DNA of 64,000 nucleotides, from assembly GCA_964016885.1 (NCBI GenBank), contig OZ024746.1, forward strand, positions 101,742,001 through 101,806,000, in the 5' to 3' direction. Made by a program: the position numbers and the translations under genes. The notes beneath the pieces are model-generated. The model searched no databases and had not been told where the DNA came from. It worked only from the letters and a program-made list of their open reading frames with translations. Positions 28,225 to 40,009 of this stretch are shown in pieces (position 1 is the first letter of the stretch; each line of letters begins with the position of its first letter). Origin of the DNA: Eledone cirrhosa. Its lineage: Eukaryota.

Positions 28225-30285
28225 TCATCAATGTCAATGTTGTTACATGACATGTCAATATTGTGATGTACTATATCAGTGTCAATGTTGTCATGTCAAT
28301 ATATTCAGGTCCTGTATCACTGTCAATGTTGTCAGGTCCTATATCACTGTCAATGTTGTCAGGTCCTGTATCACTGTCAATATTGTCAGGTCCTGTATCA
28401 CTGTCAATGTTGTCATGTCCTGTATCACTGTCAATGTTGTCATGCCCTATATCACTGTCAATATTGTCAGGTCCTATATCACTGTCAATGTTGTCAGGTC
28501 CCGTATCACTCTCAATGTTGTCAGGTCCTATATCACTGTCAATACTGTCATATCCTATATCACTGTCAATGTTGTCAGGTCCTATATCACTGTCAATGTT
28601 GTCAGGTCCTGTCTTACTGTCAATATTGTCAGGTCCTGTATCACTGTTAATGTTGTCAGGTCCTATATCACTGTCAATGTTATCATGACCTATATCACTG
28701 TCAATATTGTCAGGTCTTGTATCACTGTCAATGTTGTCAGGTTCTATATCACTGTCAATGTTATCATGACCTATATCACTGTCAATATTGTCAGGTCCTA
28801 TATCACTGTCAATATTGTCAGGTCCTATATCACCGTCAATAATGTCAGGTCCTGTATCACTGTCAATGTTGTCAGGTCCTATATCAGTGTCAAAATTGTC
28901 ATGTCCTATATCACTATCAATGTTGCCAGGTCCTATATCACTGTCACTGTTGTCAGGTCCTGTATCACTGTCAATATTGCCATGTCTTGTATCACTGTCA
29001 ATGTTGTCAGGTCCTATATCACTGTCAATGTTTTCAGGTCCTATATGACTGTCAATGTTGTCAGGTCCTGTAACACTGTCAATGTTGTCAGGTCCTATAT
29101 CACTGTCAATGTTATCATGACCTATATCACTGTCAATGTTGTCAGGTCCTATATCACTGTCAATATTGTCAGCTCCTGTATCACTGTCAATATTGTCAGG
29201 TCCTGTATTAATGTCAATGTTGTCGTGTCCTATATCACTGTCAATGTTGTCATGTCCTATATCACTGTCAATATTGTCAGGTCCTGTATCACTGTCAATG
29301 TTGTCAGGTCCTGTATCACTGACAATGTTGTCAGGTCCTATATCATTGTCAATATTGTCAGGTCCCATATCACTGTCAATGTTGTCAGGTCCTATATCAC
29401 TGTCAATGTTGTCAGGTCCTATATCACTGTCAACGTTGTCATCTCCTATATCGCTGTCAATATTGTCAGGTCCTGTATCACTGTGAATATTGTCAGATCT
29501 TGTATCACTGTCAATGTTGTCATGTCCTATATCACTGTCAATGTTGTCAGGTCCTATATCACTGGCAATATTGTCAGGTCCTATATCACTGTCAATATTG
29601 TCAGGTCCTGTATCACTGTCAATATTGCCAGGTCCTATATCACTGTCAATATTGTTATGTCCTATTTCTCTGTCAATGTTGTCAGGTTCTATATCACTGT
29701 CCATATTGTCAGGTCCTATAGCACTGTCAATGTTGTCCGGTTCTATATCACTTTCAATGTCGTCACATCCTACATCACTGTCAATATTGTCAGGACCTGT
29801 ATCACTGTCAATATTGTCAGGTCCTGTATCACTGTCAATGTTGTCAGGTCTTATATCACTGTCAATGTTGTCAGGTCTTATATCACTGTCAATATTGTCA
29901 TCTCCTGTATCACTGTCAATATTGTCAGGTCCTGTATCACTGTCAATGTTGTCTGTTCCTATATCACTGTCAATATTGTCATCTCCTATATCACTGTCAA
30001 TATTGTCAGGTCCTGTATCACTGTCAATGTTGTCAGGTCCTATATCACTGTCAATGTTGTCAGGTCCTATATCAGTGTCAATGTTGTCAGGTCCTGTATC
30101 ACTGTCAATATTGTCAGGTCCTATATCATTGTCAATGTTGTCGTGTCCTATATCACCGTCAATAATGTCAGGTCCTGTATCACTGTCAATATTGTCAGGT
30201 CCTGTATCACTGTCAATGTTGTCAGGTCCTGTATCACTGTCAATGTTGTCAGGTCCTATATCACTGTCAATGTTGTCAGGTCCTA
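28225..30285. repeat. 27-bp minisatellite, about 75 copies, open reading frames on both strands
   Basis: Unit ATATCACTGTCAATGTTGTCAGGTCCT reads (RSYITVNVV)n on + and (GPDNIDSD[I/T])n on -. Confidence 0.95.
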
Positions 30286-30434
30286 GATGAAACAGTATTC
30301 TCTGGCTGGATGGCATTAATGATATCAGTAGCTTTTTTTCTAATGTGATATTTATTCCACTAAACCTCACCATCCAAGTAATGAACTGTATGACGTAGAC
30401 CAATGTTATTGGCTGTTGAAGCTGTGACAGCATA

Positions 30435-30578
30435 AACACACACAAACACACACACAGAAGGACACAAATGATGAGATTCCAACGAAAGCTATTGTAGAGG
30501 ATACTTGCCCAAGGTATCCCACAGTGGCATTGAACCCATATGGCTGGAAAGCAAACTTCTTAACTACACAGCCATGCA
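30435..30578 (-). mobile_element. tRNA-derived SINE fragment
   Basis: The minus strand has A-box-like TGGCTGTGTAG, B-box GGTTCAATGCC, then ACTGTGGGATACCTTGGGCAAGT. Confidence 0.6.
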
Positions 30579-31027
30579 TACGACATAGAAAGTAAAGAGT
30601 GAAGACCTTTAGGACTCCCTGCCTCCACTCCCAATTCCTTTATTAAGAAGTCATGTGACCTCAGAAATATGAGTCAAAGAACTTTTTAAGAATCAGCCCC
30701 AGATTTTCACTGATGACATAATCCAGTAAAAAATGCACTGACAAATGTGAAAAAAAAATAAAATAGATGAAATAAAATAATTGTAATTGGTAAGGAATAG
30801 GAGGAGGGAGAGGAGGAGGAGGAGGAGGTGAGTGGTTTAGTTAGGAATGAGATAACTTGCCCGCTAATTCTTGGAAAGTTGTGTTTTCATAGCTTCAAAT
30901 ATTTCACCTCTGACCTCTATCCACTGGTTGACATTTGAACAGTCTGGCTGTGTGTTTGTGTGAAAACCATTTAACTCTGTTATGTGACAGGACTGGTCTG
31001 AGATTTGACGGGAAGGGCAAGAGAGAT

Positions 31028-31099
<72 letters not shown>

Positions 31100-31761
31100 C
31101 GGAATAGGGAGAGAGAAATGGAGAGAGAGGGAGAGGGAGAGAGAAGATTAGAGAGTGAGAGATAGAGAGAGGAAACGGAATAGGGAGATAGATGAAGAGA
31201 GAGAGAGAAGGGAATAGTTCACAACTTTATGTAAAAGTATTAATTTTTTTATTATATTATATAGAAATCTAGTGATTAAATATGTAGGAGTCAGTGAGTA
31301 TGACATCCATGTTTGGATGTGTGTGGGGGTGTATGTGGGTGTGTGGGTGTATGTGGGGGTATGTATGTGTGTATATGAGTGTGTGTGTGTATGTGGGTGT
31401 GTATGTAAGTGTGTGTGTTTATGTGGGTGTGTGTATATGAGTGTGTGTATGTGAGTGTGTGTGTGTGTGTGTATATATATGGGTGTGGGTGTGTATGTGA
31501 GTGTGTGGGTGTGGGTGTATGTGTGTATGTGAGTGTGTGTATGTGAGTGTGTGTGTGTATGTGAGTGTGTGTATGTGGGTGGGTGTATGTGAGTGGGGGG
31601 TGTATGTGAGTGTGTGTATGTTAGTGTGTGTGTATGTGAGTGTGTGTATGTGGGTGGGTGTGTATGTGAGTGTGTGTGAGTATCAGTACCTGTATGTATG
31701 TATGTATGTATGTATGTATGTATGTATGTATGTATGTATGTATGTATGTATGTATGTATGT

Positions 31762-32365
31762 CAGGTCACCAGTTGGTGCTACTGGTAACATGTATCCCAG
31801 TACAACCTGTCTCATGGTCGGGTCGTTGGCGACTAAACTGGCAACCCCACCAAGGTTTCTTGGTGAGGAGGGTGACTTTGGACATCCTGCAGGACTAAAA
31901 ACAAAACCTGTCAAAAGGCAAAGGAGCTCTTAAGAGTCAATGGCCATCCAAAATCACCGGGAGAGATGACCCCTTAGCCTTTGTCAAGGCAGAATTCTAG
32001 GAGAAGGAAAACTCTGATATAACACCTGCAACCCTGATGGTATCCAATGATGTTGACTTGTTCTTCTTTTTGGTAAATATCATCTTGGTTAAGAGAGTGG
32101 GACTGGCTTTGTGCAGTGCCTTTGCTCACTATAAAAGCTTCACGGCACAGGCATTGCTTTATATCTGTAGATCTCTCTGCACTTGTCGTCACATGGTACC
32201 ATGGGCCCAGCACTATGTGTCAATAATTGTCACAAGTGTAGTATTTGTACCAGAGTTTTCAAGTCGCTGGCTGGACTAAAAAGTCACTCGTTCAGCGCAT
32301 CGGTAGGGGTTCTCTTACATGGATATAAAGTAGTGGCCATACTCGAAAACGAGTTGGCAGCCACC
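31762..32365 (+). mobile_element. Short non-autonomous RTE-derived element, copy 1 of a tandem pair
   Basis: Encodes an RTE-like C-terminal zinc-finger remnant CSICTRVFKSLAGLKSH. Flanked by (TATG)n. Confidence 0.55.
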
Positions 32366-32390
32366 ATGTATGTATGTATGTATGTAGGTA

Positions 32391-32982
32391 GGTGCTACTG
32401 GTAACATGTATCCCAGTACAACCTGTCCCATGGTCGGGTCGTTGGCGACTAAACTGGCAACCCCACCAAGGTTTCTTGATGAGGAGGGTGACTTTGGACA
32501 TCCTGCAGGACTAAAAACAAAACCTGTCAAAGGGCAAAGGAACTCTTAAGAGTCAATGGCCATCCAAAATCACCGGGAGAGATGACCCCTTAGCCTTTGT
32601 CAAGGCAGAATTCTAGGAGAAGGAAGACTCTGATATAACACCTGCAACCCTGATGGTATCCAATGATGTTAACTTGTTCTTCTTTTTGGTAAATATCATC
32701 TTGGTTAAGAGAGTGGGACTGGCTTTGTGCAGTGCCTTTGCTCACTATAAAAGCTTCACGGCACAGGCATTGCTTTATATCTGGAGATCTCTCTGCACTT
32801 GTCGTCACATGGTACCATGGGCCCAGCACTATGTGTCAATAATTGTCACAAGTGTAGCGTTTGTGCCAGAGTTTTCAAGTCGCTGGCTGGACTAAAAAAT
32901 CACACTCGTAGGGGTTCGGTAGGGATTCTCCTACATGGATATAAAGTAGTGGCCGTACTCGAAAACGAGTTGGCAGCCACCA
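32391..32982 (+). mobile_element. Short non-autonomous RTE-derived element, copy 2 (offset 616 bp)
   Basis: Near-identical to 31776-32365, with CSVCARVFKSLAGLKNHTR and a (TATG)n tail. Confidence 0.55.
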
Positions 32983-33019
32983 TATATGTATGTATGTATG
33001 TATATATGTATATTCTTCT

Positions 33020-36000
33020 GGTTTTATAATTTCACAAAGTTTTACCAATAGAGAGAGAGTCGGTCTCTAACATAGACACAAGACTTTCTCATTGGAATTT
33101 ACACAACATCAACTAGGTAGATATGTATGTATGCATGCATGTGTAGATATGGATGTTATTGTATATGTGGATGTGTATGTGTGCATGTGCATATGCTTTG
33201 TATTTGTACATGTGTATATGCAGTTATTAGATGCAACATTTTTGGAATGTTTTACAAATTTTTAATGTTCCATTGTACTTGTACTTGTAATTTCCTAACT
33301 AGTTGTGTTCTTTCTGTTCCTGTGAAGCCTAGCTTCTCAAGATTTGTATTGAGGCAGTTACTAACATATCTCAGTGCCCCAATAATCACAGGCATAAATC
33401 TGAAGGTGTAATCAGGGTGGAGTATCTGCAGATTTCTCATCAGTTCTGCATAAATATTCTCTTTTTCGCTAATCTTTGATATTATATTGGCATCTGCTGG
33501 GCAGCTAATTTCCACTACTGTGCATGCCTTTTTTTCCCTGTCCCATATCATTATATCTGGTCTGTTATGCCTGCATTTTATTGGGGTTTTGACTGGAACA
33601 TTCCACCAGTACTCTTTCATATTATGTACATGGATGTCTTCCACATTGCTGTAGCTTTTAATGTGTTTATTATCGGGGCTATCTTTTTTACGAACTGCAT
33701 TGTACAGTGTTTTGGCCACTACATCATGCCTCATAGGTAGATAGTACCGCGATGACATCTTTGGATAGCTGCTGATGACATGGGTGATATCCTCGGTGTT
33801 AGTTCTGCAGAGTCAGCACTTGTTATCACATCTAGGTGTTTTGCCTGCATCTCTATCTCTTTTGTGAATCAGGTATTTCCTGCTAATCTGCTGTTCTTGG
33901 ATTGCAAAAGCGTATCCTTCAAAGTGGGAGCCAATATAGCAGTTGTTGGTCCAAGATAGACTACTTTCCTTATCTATATTACTCTCACTCTGGAGCTTCT
34001 TGGCAACATATCCTTGCATGATTTTTTGCTGAGAGGCATGCAGTTTTTCATCCATGGATTCACTGCGATACTGCTGAGCGACATCCCTGGGTGTGAGTTT
34101 TTGATTATCACACAGGGAATATCTCTCAAGGAGTTCCTTCCCAACTCTCATGATCTTATCTGTTTCATGCAGATAGACTTGCTCGAGAAGAGGGCTCCTA
34201 CGCTTCGAGGTTCGTAGATGTTGTCGGGGAGATATGATGCGACATTCAAATGTTGTCTGGACTGATGTTAGGCCTCTGGCTCCCTGCTTACGTTTCAAGT
34301 AAAGGCGGTCTATGACACTGTTAATGTGGAAGTTTCCGGTGTTGTTTAGTATTTTTCGAGTTCCAACATCAACTGCTCGGATTTCGTCTATCGTCCAATT
34401 GAGTATTCCAAACGTTGGTGTTAGGACAGGCACAGCAAACATATTGTGAGCCACTGTTTTGTTTTGCGCAGAGAGTTCCGATGACCAGATCTTTCTTAAT
34501 CGAGTGTAGTATTCCATGGTTACGCGCTCTTTATTACAGATACCATTATAGGATATGTTCTCATCTATCCCCAGGTATCTGTAGCAGTCCTCATCAGATA
34601 TCGGTGAAACAGTTAGGCCATTGATGACAATGTTGATAGATTGTTTTTCCCCGCTTTACAATCATGTATGAGCATTTACCTTGGCCAAACTCCATTCCTA
34701 TATCCTTTGAGAACGTTGTAACCAGGTCAAGATTTTTCTTCATCCCATCCATGTTCTTGGCATAGAGTTTCAGATCGTCCACAAAGAAATTATGGGTTAG
34801 GTTCGTATTTCTGTGCTCCTGTGAGCCAATGATGTATCCCTCACATTTCTTGAGCAGAAAGGACAAGGGGTTTAATGACAAGATGAATAATATCACAGAG
34901 AGACTGTCCCCCTGAAATATACCCCTGCAATATTTTATTTTATCAGTGAAAATAGAGTCCTCCCTCTGTCTTTAACCTTAGGATAGTAGCCCAAGAAGAA
35001 GACAGCCTCTCTATGACTCTGACAATAATGCCTGGGACTTTAGCAAGTCGGAGGGCCTCATATCATCCAAGAGTGGGGAACAGAATCGAAAGCTTTCCTG
35101 TAGTCCAGCCAGACTGTAGCCATATTCCTCCTAAGTTGTCGCACCTCCGACATCGCAGTTTTGTTGATCAGGAGTTGTCCAGCACATCCCTAAACCCCTT
35201 TCTTTCCAGCTGCTTGTTCATCTGTGATGATGTTATTATTTTCACAGTGATGTTGGAGGAATAGGTTCAGGCAGGCTATGTACATCTTATACATCAGATT
35301 CTGGCATGCAATGGGTCGGTAGTTTTTTGCCAAGTGGGTGTCTTTGTTCTTGGGGACCAGTAATGTGTGTGCTAATGTCAACCATTCTGGTATAAGTGTA
35401 TCTCCCTTAAGAACTTGTTGGTAGAGGTCAGTAAGATACCTCCGATAGAATATCAGTTTTTTTTGTACCAGTAGCCAACAATCATGTCTCTTCCTGGTGT
35501 TTTCTTATCTTGGAGTCTTCCTATCACAGTCTCAAGGGTACCCTCACTTATTTCGTATGTTTTTGTTGTAGTGTAGGAGCAATAGTTCTTTCGGATTTCT
35601 CTTAGCCACACTGCATCTTGGTTGAAATTCTTCTTTTCACCCCATATTTTGCTCCAAAAGGAATCTATGTCTTTCTGGGATGGGGCCTCAGTGACACTTA
35701 TTATTTTGTTCTTCATATCTCTATAGACTGATGTTTGGTTTCGTCTGAATCTTTTATTAAGCACTTTTATCTCATCTACCTTCTTCAGGTATCGGCGTTT
35801 TTCGCTAACAGCTCTCAATTCTTGTTTGGGGGTGTTCAGCTTATATTGAAGAGTTCTGGTTCTACTGTTACCAAACATCGTCTCTATTTTATTTTTCACT
35901 CTTTGTTGGTGAGGAGTGAGGTTTTTTTGTGTTTGTTTGCATGTAAGGAACATTGTCACATATCCTATGGTTTTTCGTAGGTCAGCAATCTTCTTTTCTA

Positions 36001-36185
36001 TTTTAGTTATATATGATGGTATTTTTGGTGGTGTTCTGTTCTTGTTAATATCTCTACTATCATCAAGATAATGCTTCACTGTCGTTGCTAAGGCATATAA
36101 ACAGGCGTTGATTTGCCAAAATGTTGGGGTTTTTATCTGTCGTAAATTTTTATCAACCGCAAATCCAGGAAATCCAGTCATTTCT
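33020..36185 (-). mobile_element. Dong/R4-clade non-LTR retrotransposon, degenerate (RT plus restriction-like endonuclease)
   Basis: PGRD, NYRPIAC, IFQGDSLS, FVDDLKLY, AIQEQ, RHDVVA and NRPDIMIWD..VEISCP..EK. Many frameshifts. Confidence 0.88.
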
Positions 36186-36924
36186 GACGTGTATAAGTTG
36201 CTTTATAAGTGTTATTTGTTTTTACTTGTTTGCTTTTGATAAGCTTGTGTAATAAAATAAATATATACTGTTGATTTAATTATATGAACTGATAAATTTT
36301 TTTTAAATATGTTTTTTCTTGAAAAATATGAAAATTTCGAAATATCAAACTCCTGACCACAAACCCAAACTTCTGATTAAATAATAGTGTTTTTTTTAAT
36401 AATAATGGGATATAACAAACCAGTAAATGACACTTAGAACCGGGGAACAAAAAATATGCTGCACGGTGTAATCGAATGGAAAGAAGTGCACCAGAATGGC
36501 TAATTTAAAGCCTGTATTCCAACATTCCAGCGGCCAGTTTCATTCTTTCTTTCAAATTAAATCTGTCCTCACTATGCAAACACACACATACACATATCAG
36601 ACACATATATTTCCCATTTTATTGTATACATATTCGCACACATATTTTACTACATAAACTTACATTCATGCACACACATACATATATCATACATTTCACA
36701 ACGCGCACATTTAACTTAAATCTGCTTTCACAACAAACAAGTCAACTTCAATCAATCTTTTAAGTCTCTCATAGGGATACGCCCTTGATAATGAGTTTTT
36801 AAATTTGCTAAGGTAAGATTCTTTTCTCTGAGCAATCTTGATTTTCTTTCTAGTGCATTGAATGGTTTTCAGAATTATTTAAATTTGTGTTTCCTATTCA
36901 ACAATGCTTCAAGCAAACTACAAC

Positions 36925-36987
<63 letters not shown>

Positions 36988-36989
<2 letters not shown>

Positions 36990-38346
36990 CGAAGGAAATG
37001 TGGTAAGGAACCAGATGGACCATAACGCACCAAAGTACTCAATATTTAGGGTAGTAGATGGGTCATACTTGTTCCTATATATATATATATATATACATAA
37101 AATGTGGAGAAGGAACACACGAGTTGGAATATATATATGAAAATAGGGAGAAAAAGACGATTATTAGGAAGAAAAATATATTGTCTTCCTTTTCATTTTT
37201 TTCTCTTTTTTTCTGGGTTAGAAAATGTTTAAAACAAAATATTTTACTTTGTGTGAAGTGTTAAGGTATCAGTTAATTTATTTATTAATTAACAATGGCA
37301 TTTATTTATTTATTTATATATTTAATACTTGTCTATTACCGGTTTCAGCATTTTATGTATTATCAAATTTGTATTGGTGTAAAATGTTGGTGATGTTGAA
37401 CATGTTAAGGAAATGGTGAAGAAAGAATAATGTTATTTACAAACAAGGTTTTTGAAGTGAAAAGAAATAAGAAAAAAAAGGTGTGATGTGGAACATGATA
37501 AGTTAATGGGAAAGAAAAAATAATATTATTTACAGGCATAGTTCTTGAGGATAAGCAGTTCAAAAAGTGTTATTATGGCAAGAATGCTTAGTTGATCCAT
37601 GATGGAGGCAAATGGTAGTCTGGGGTTGGATATGTTTTCCCCTTTTAGAGAGTTAATATGCAGGGGGGGGTAATTCAGGGTGGTCATAGGAGAGAGAGAT
37701 ATGAGAGGGGTAATTCATTTATATAAGAAAAAGGATTACGTAGAGTGTATGGGAGGTAACTCTTTAGAGAACATAGGAATTAGGTTTTGGTTCATTGTTC
37801 GTTCCAGTTTTAGTTTAGTCCGAAGTTTAGTCCATTAAGTAGAGGTTGGAATTTGTTAATGAAGTACGTTTCCTTATTGGTACAATGGATGAAAGAAGCG
37901 TTGTCTATGAATTTGTAAATGGGGAAAATTTTAAAGTTAGGTTGTTGGTTAGGTGCACAATTGGCGATATGTTCACTAAAAGCAATCTTTCTGTATTCCT
38001 GTATTTTGATTTGTGATCTATGGAAGGTCATTCGTTGTCAGAAGCTGTTTTTTGTCTGTCTTATGTAGTGCTCTTGACAACCTGAGCAGGTCAAAGCATA
38101 GATTAGGTTTTCAGATGCACATCTAAAGTTGTATTTAACTGCGAAATGTTGTCCTTGTTTAAAGTGGAATGTTGAACCATCTATTAGATTTATGCATATA
38201 AATTAACTGATACCTTAACACTTCACACAAAGTAAAATATTTTGTTTTAAACATTTTCTAACCCAGAAAAAAGAGAAAAAAATAAAATGGAAAAAAAATA
38301 TTTTTCTTCCTAATAATCATCTTTTTCTCCCTATTTTCATATATAT
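36988..38346 (-). mobile_element. Penelope-like remnant: GIY-YIG endonuclease fragment between inverted arms (about 37131-37281 and 38197-38346)
   Basis: The minus strand gives NLIYALTCSGC..YIRQT..HRSQI..ETYFINKFQPLLN. A PLE terminus motif lies at 36988-37058. Flanked by (TA)n. Confidence 0.75.
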
Positions 38347-38360
38347 ATATATATATATAC

Positions 38361-38489
<129 letters not shown>

Positions 38490-38617
38490 AAAGTTCTATT
38501 TAAAATTGTTGGGATACAACAAGTAAATATTTGTATAACTGATATAAAGCACTCGACAAGTATTTGGAGTAGATATACGATATTAATAAATGGAAACTAT
38601 ATTTATAAAACCATATT

Positions 38618-38682
38618 TATTTCATTATACATATTTCAGGGATACCAAATTAAATTATGGTATGCCTTCATCAGACAAAATA
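38618..38682 (-). ncRNA. Type I hammerhead ribozyme with minimal stem III
   Basis: UAUUUUGU-CUGAUGA-AGGCAUACCA..UGGUAUCCCU-GAA-AUAUGUAU-A-AUGAAAUA. Confidence 0.78.
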
Positions 38683-38795
38683 CAATATATAACAGTTTTA
38701 CAAATAAGCTTTGACGTACCCGGATGGCTTCCAAAAACAATGGTTGCATTTTAAAAGGTTACGTCAAAGCTTATTTGTAAAACTGTTATATATTG

Positions 38796-38860
38796 TATTT
38801 TGTCTGATGAAGGCGTACCATAATTTAATTTGGTATCCCTGAAATATGTATAATGAAATA
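38796..38860 (+). ncRNA. Type I hammerhead ribozyme with minimal stem III
   Basis: UAUUUUGU-CUGAUGA-AGGCGUACCA..UGGUAUCCCU-GAA-AUAUGUAU-A-AUGAAAUA. Confidence 0.78.
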
Positions 38861-38900
38861 AATATGGTTTTATAAATATAGTTTCCATTTATTAATATCG

Positions 38901-39040
<140 letters not shown>

Positions 39041-39266
39041 TAATAAAAACAATGAATAAAAAGAAAGAAACAGTTCCTTATATTAAAAAATTCATCATTT
39101 TACGATCGTTTCTAGGATATATATGTGTGTGTTGGTATGTATATAGATCTATGTAAAAAAAAACATTTTTTTTAATTTTACAAACTATCAGGGGGAATAT
39201 ACATACCTACACATATATATATGCTGTCTTCAGAAATAATCCATTATCCATATTGTTAGATTTATC

Positions 39267-39336
<70 letters not shown>

Positions 39337-39361
39337 AGAATGAAATAATGAAAAATATTAC

Positions 39362-39661
39362 CAAATAAAGATCATTCTCCACATGAATGAGTGTCTCTTT
39401 CTTGTTCTGAAACAGTTGCTGTTGTTGTTGTAGTGTTTTATGTAGCTGTGTCTCATCATCTTGTCTAAACCCCTCTTCAATTGCAGTTTTATTTTCTTTA
39501 ACAATTTCTCTTGGCTCATCTTCCTGTCCTTCCCCTTCATCTGTGTCTTGGCTCTCATCTCGCCACTCACTATTACAGCTATTTACATCTTCAGCCAGAC
39601 TTCCTTCTACAGTAACACATTCTGACTTGATGTCATGGTGGAGCCCATCATCTACAATGTT
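39362..39661 (-). CDS. Internal coding exon (300 nt, phase 0-0), acidic and Gln-rich: NIVDDGLHHDIKSEC...LQQQQQLFQNKKETLIHVENDLYL
   Basis: Acceptor TTTTTTCCTAATTGTAG, donor TTG|GTAATA and exactly 100 open codons. This frame is absent from the ORF track. Confidence 0.7.
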
Positions 39662-39738
39662 CTACAATTAGGAAAAAAGCCAAAATTAGGAACAAATTAA
39701 TTATAAAAGTAATTTATACATACAGACACACACCTATA

Positions 39739-39850
<112 letters not shown>

Positions 39851-39860
39851 AACGAGTAGG

Positions 39861-39956
39861 ACCCCGACGGCTGAGCTCAAGCCGTTTCGACGGCTAATTC
39901 TGGACGAAATGAAAATTTTTATCCTGGTATTTGAATAGCCGAGCTTCTCAAGGGGT
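39861..39956 (-). ncRNA. Type I hammerhead ribozyme, U3-A8 core, long stem II; best-preserved copy
   Basis: ACCCC-UUGAGAA-G..CGGCUA..UAGCCG.C-GAA-ACGGCU-UGAGCUC-AGCCGU-C-GGGGU, with a GUC cleavage triplet. Confidence 0.8.
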
Positions 39957-40009
39957 AATTCCATATATGGTCAAAGTGATTGTCACAAGGATTGGTCAAA
40001 CGTTTGTTG

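Noticed and set aside
36775-36800. CCCTTGATAA hammerhead-like core
   Set aside because: No downstream GAAA or stem III found.
37334-37369. Minimal HHR on the minus strand (UUGAUAA..GAAACCGGUA)
   Set aside because: Stem I has only 2 bp and stem II is mismatched. At most a decayed remnant.
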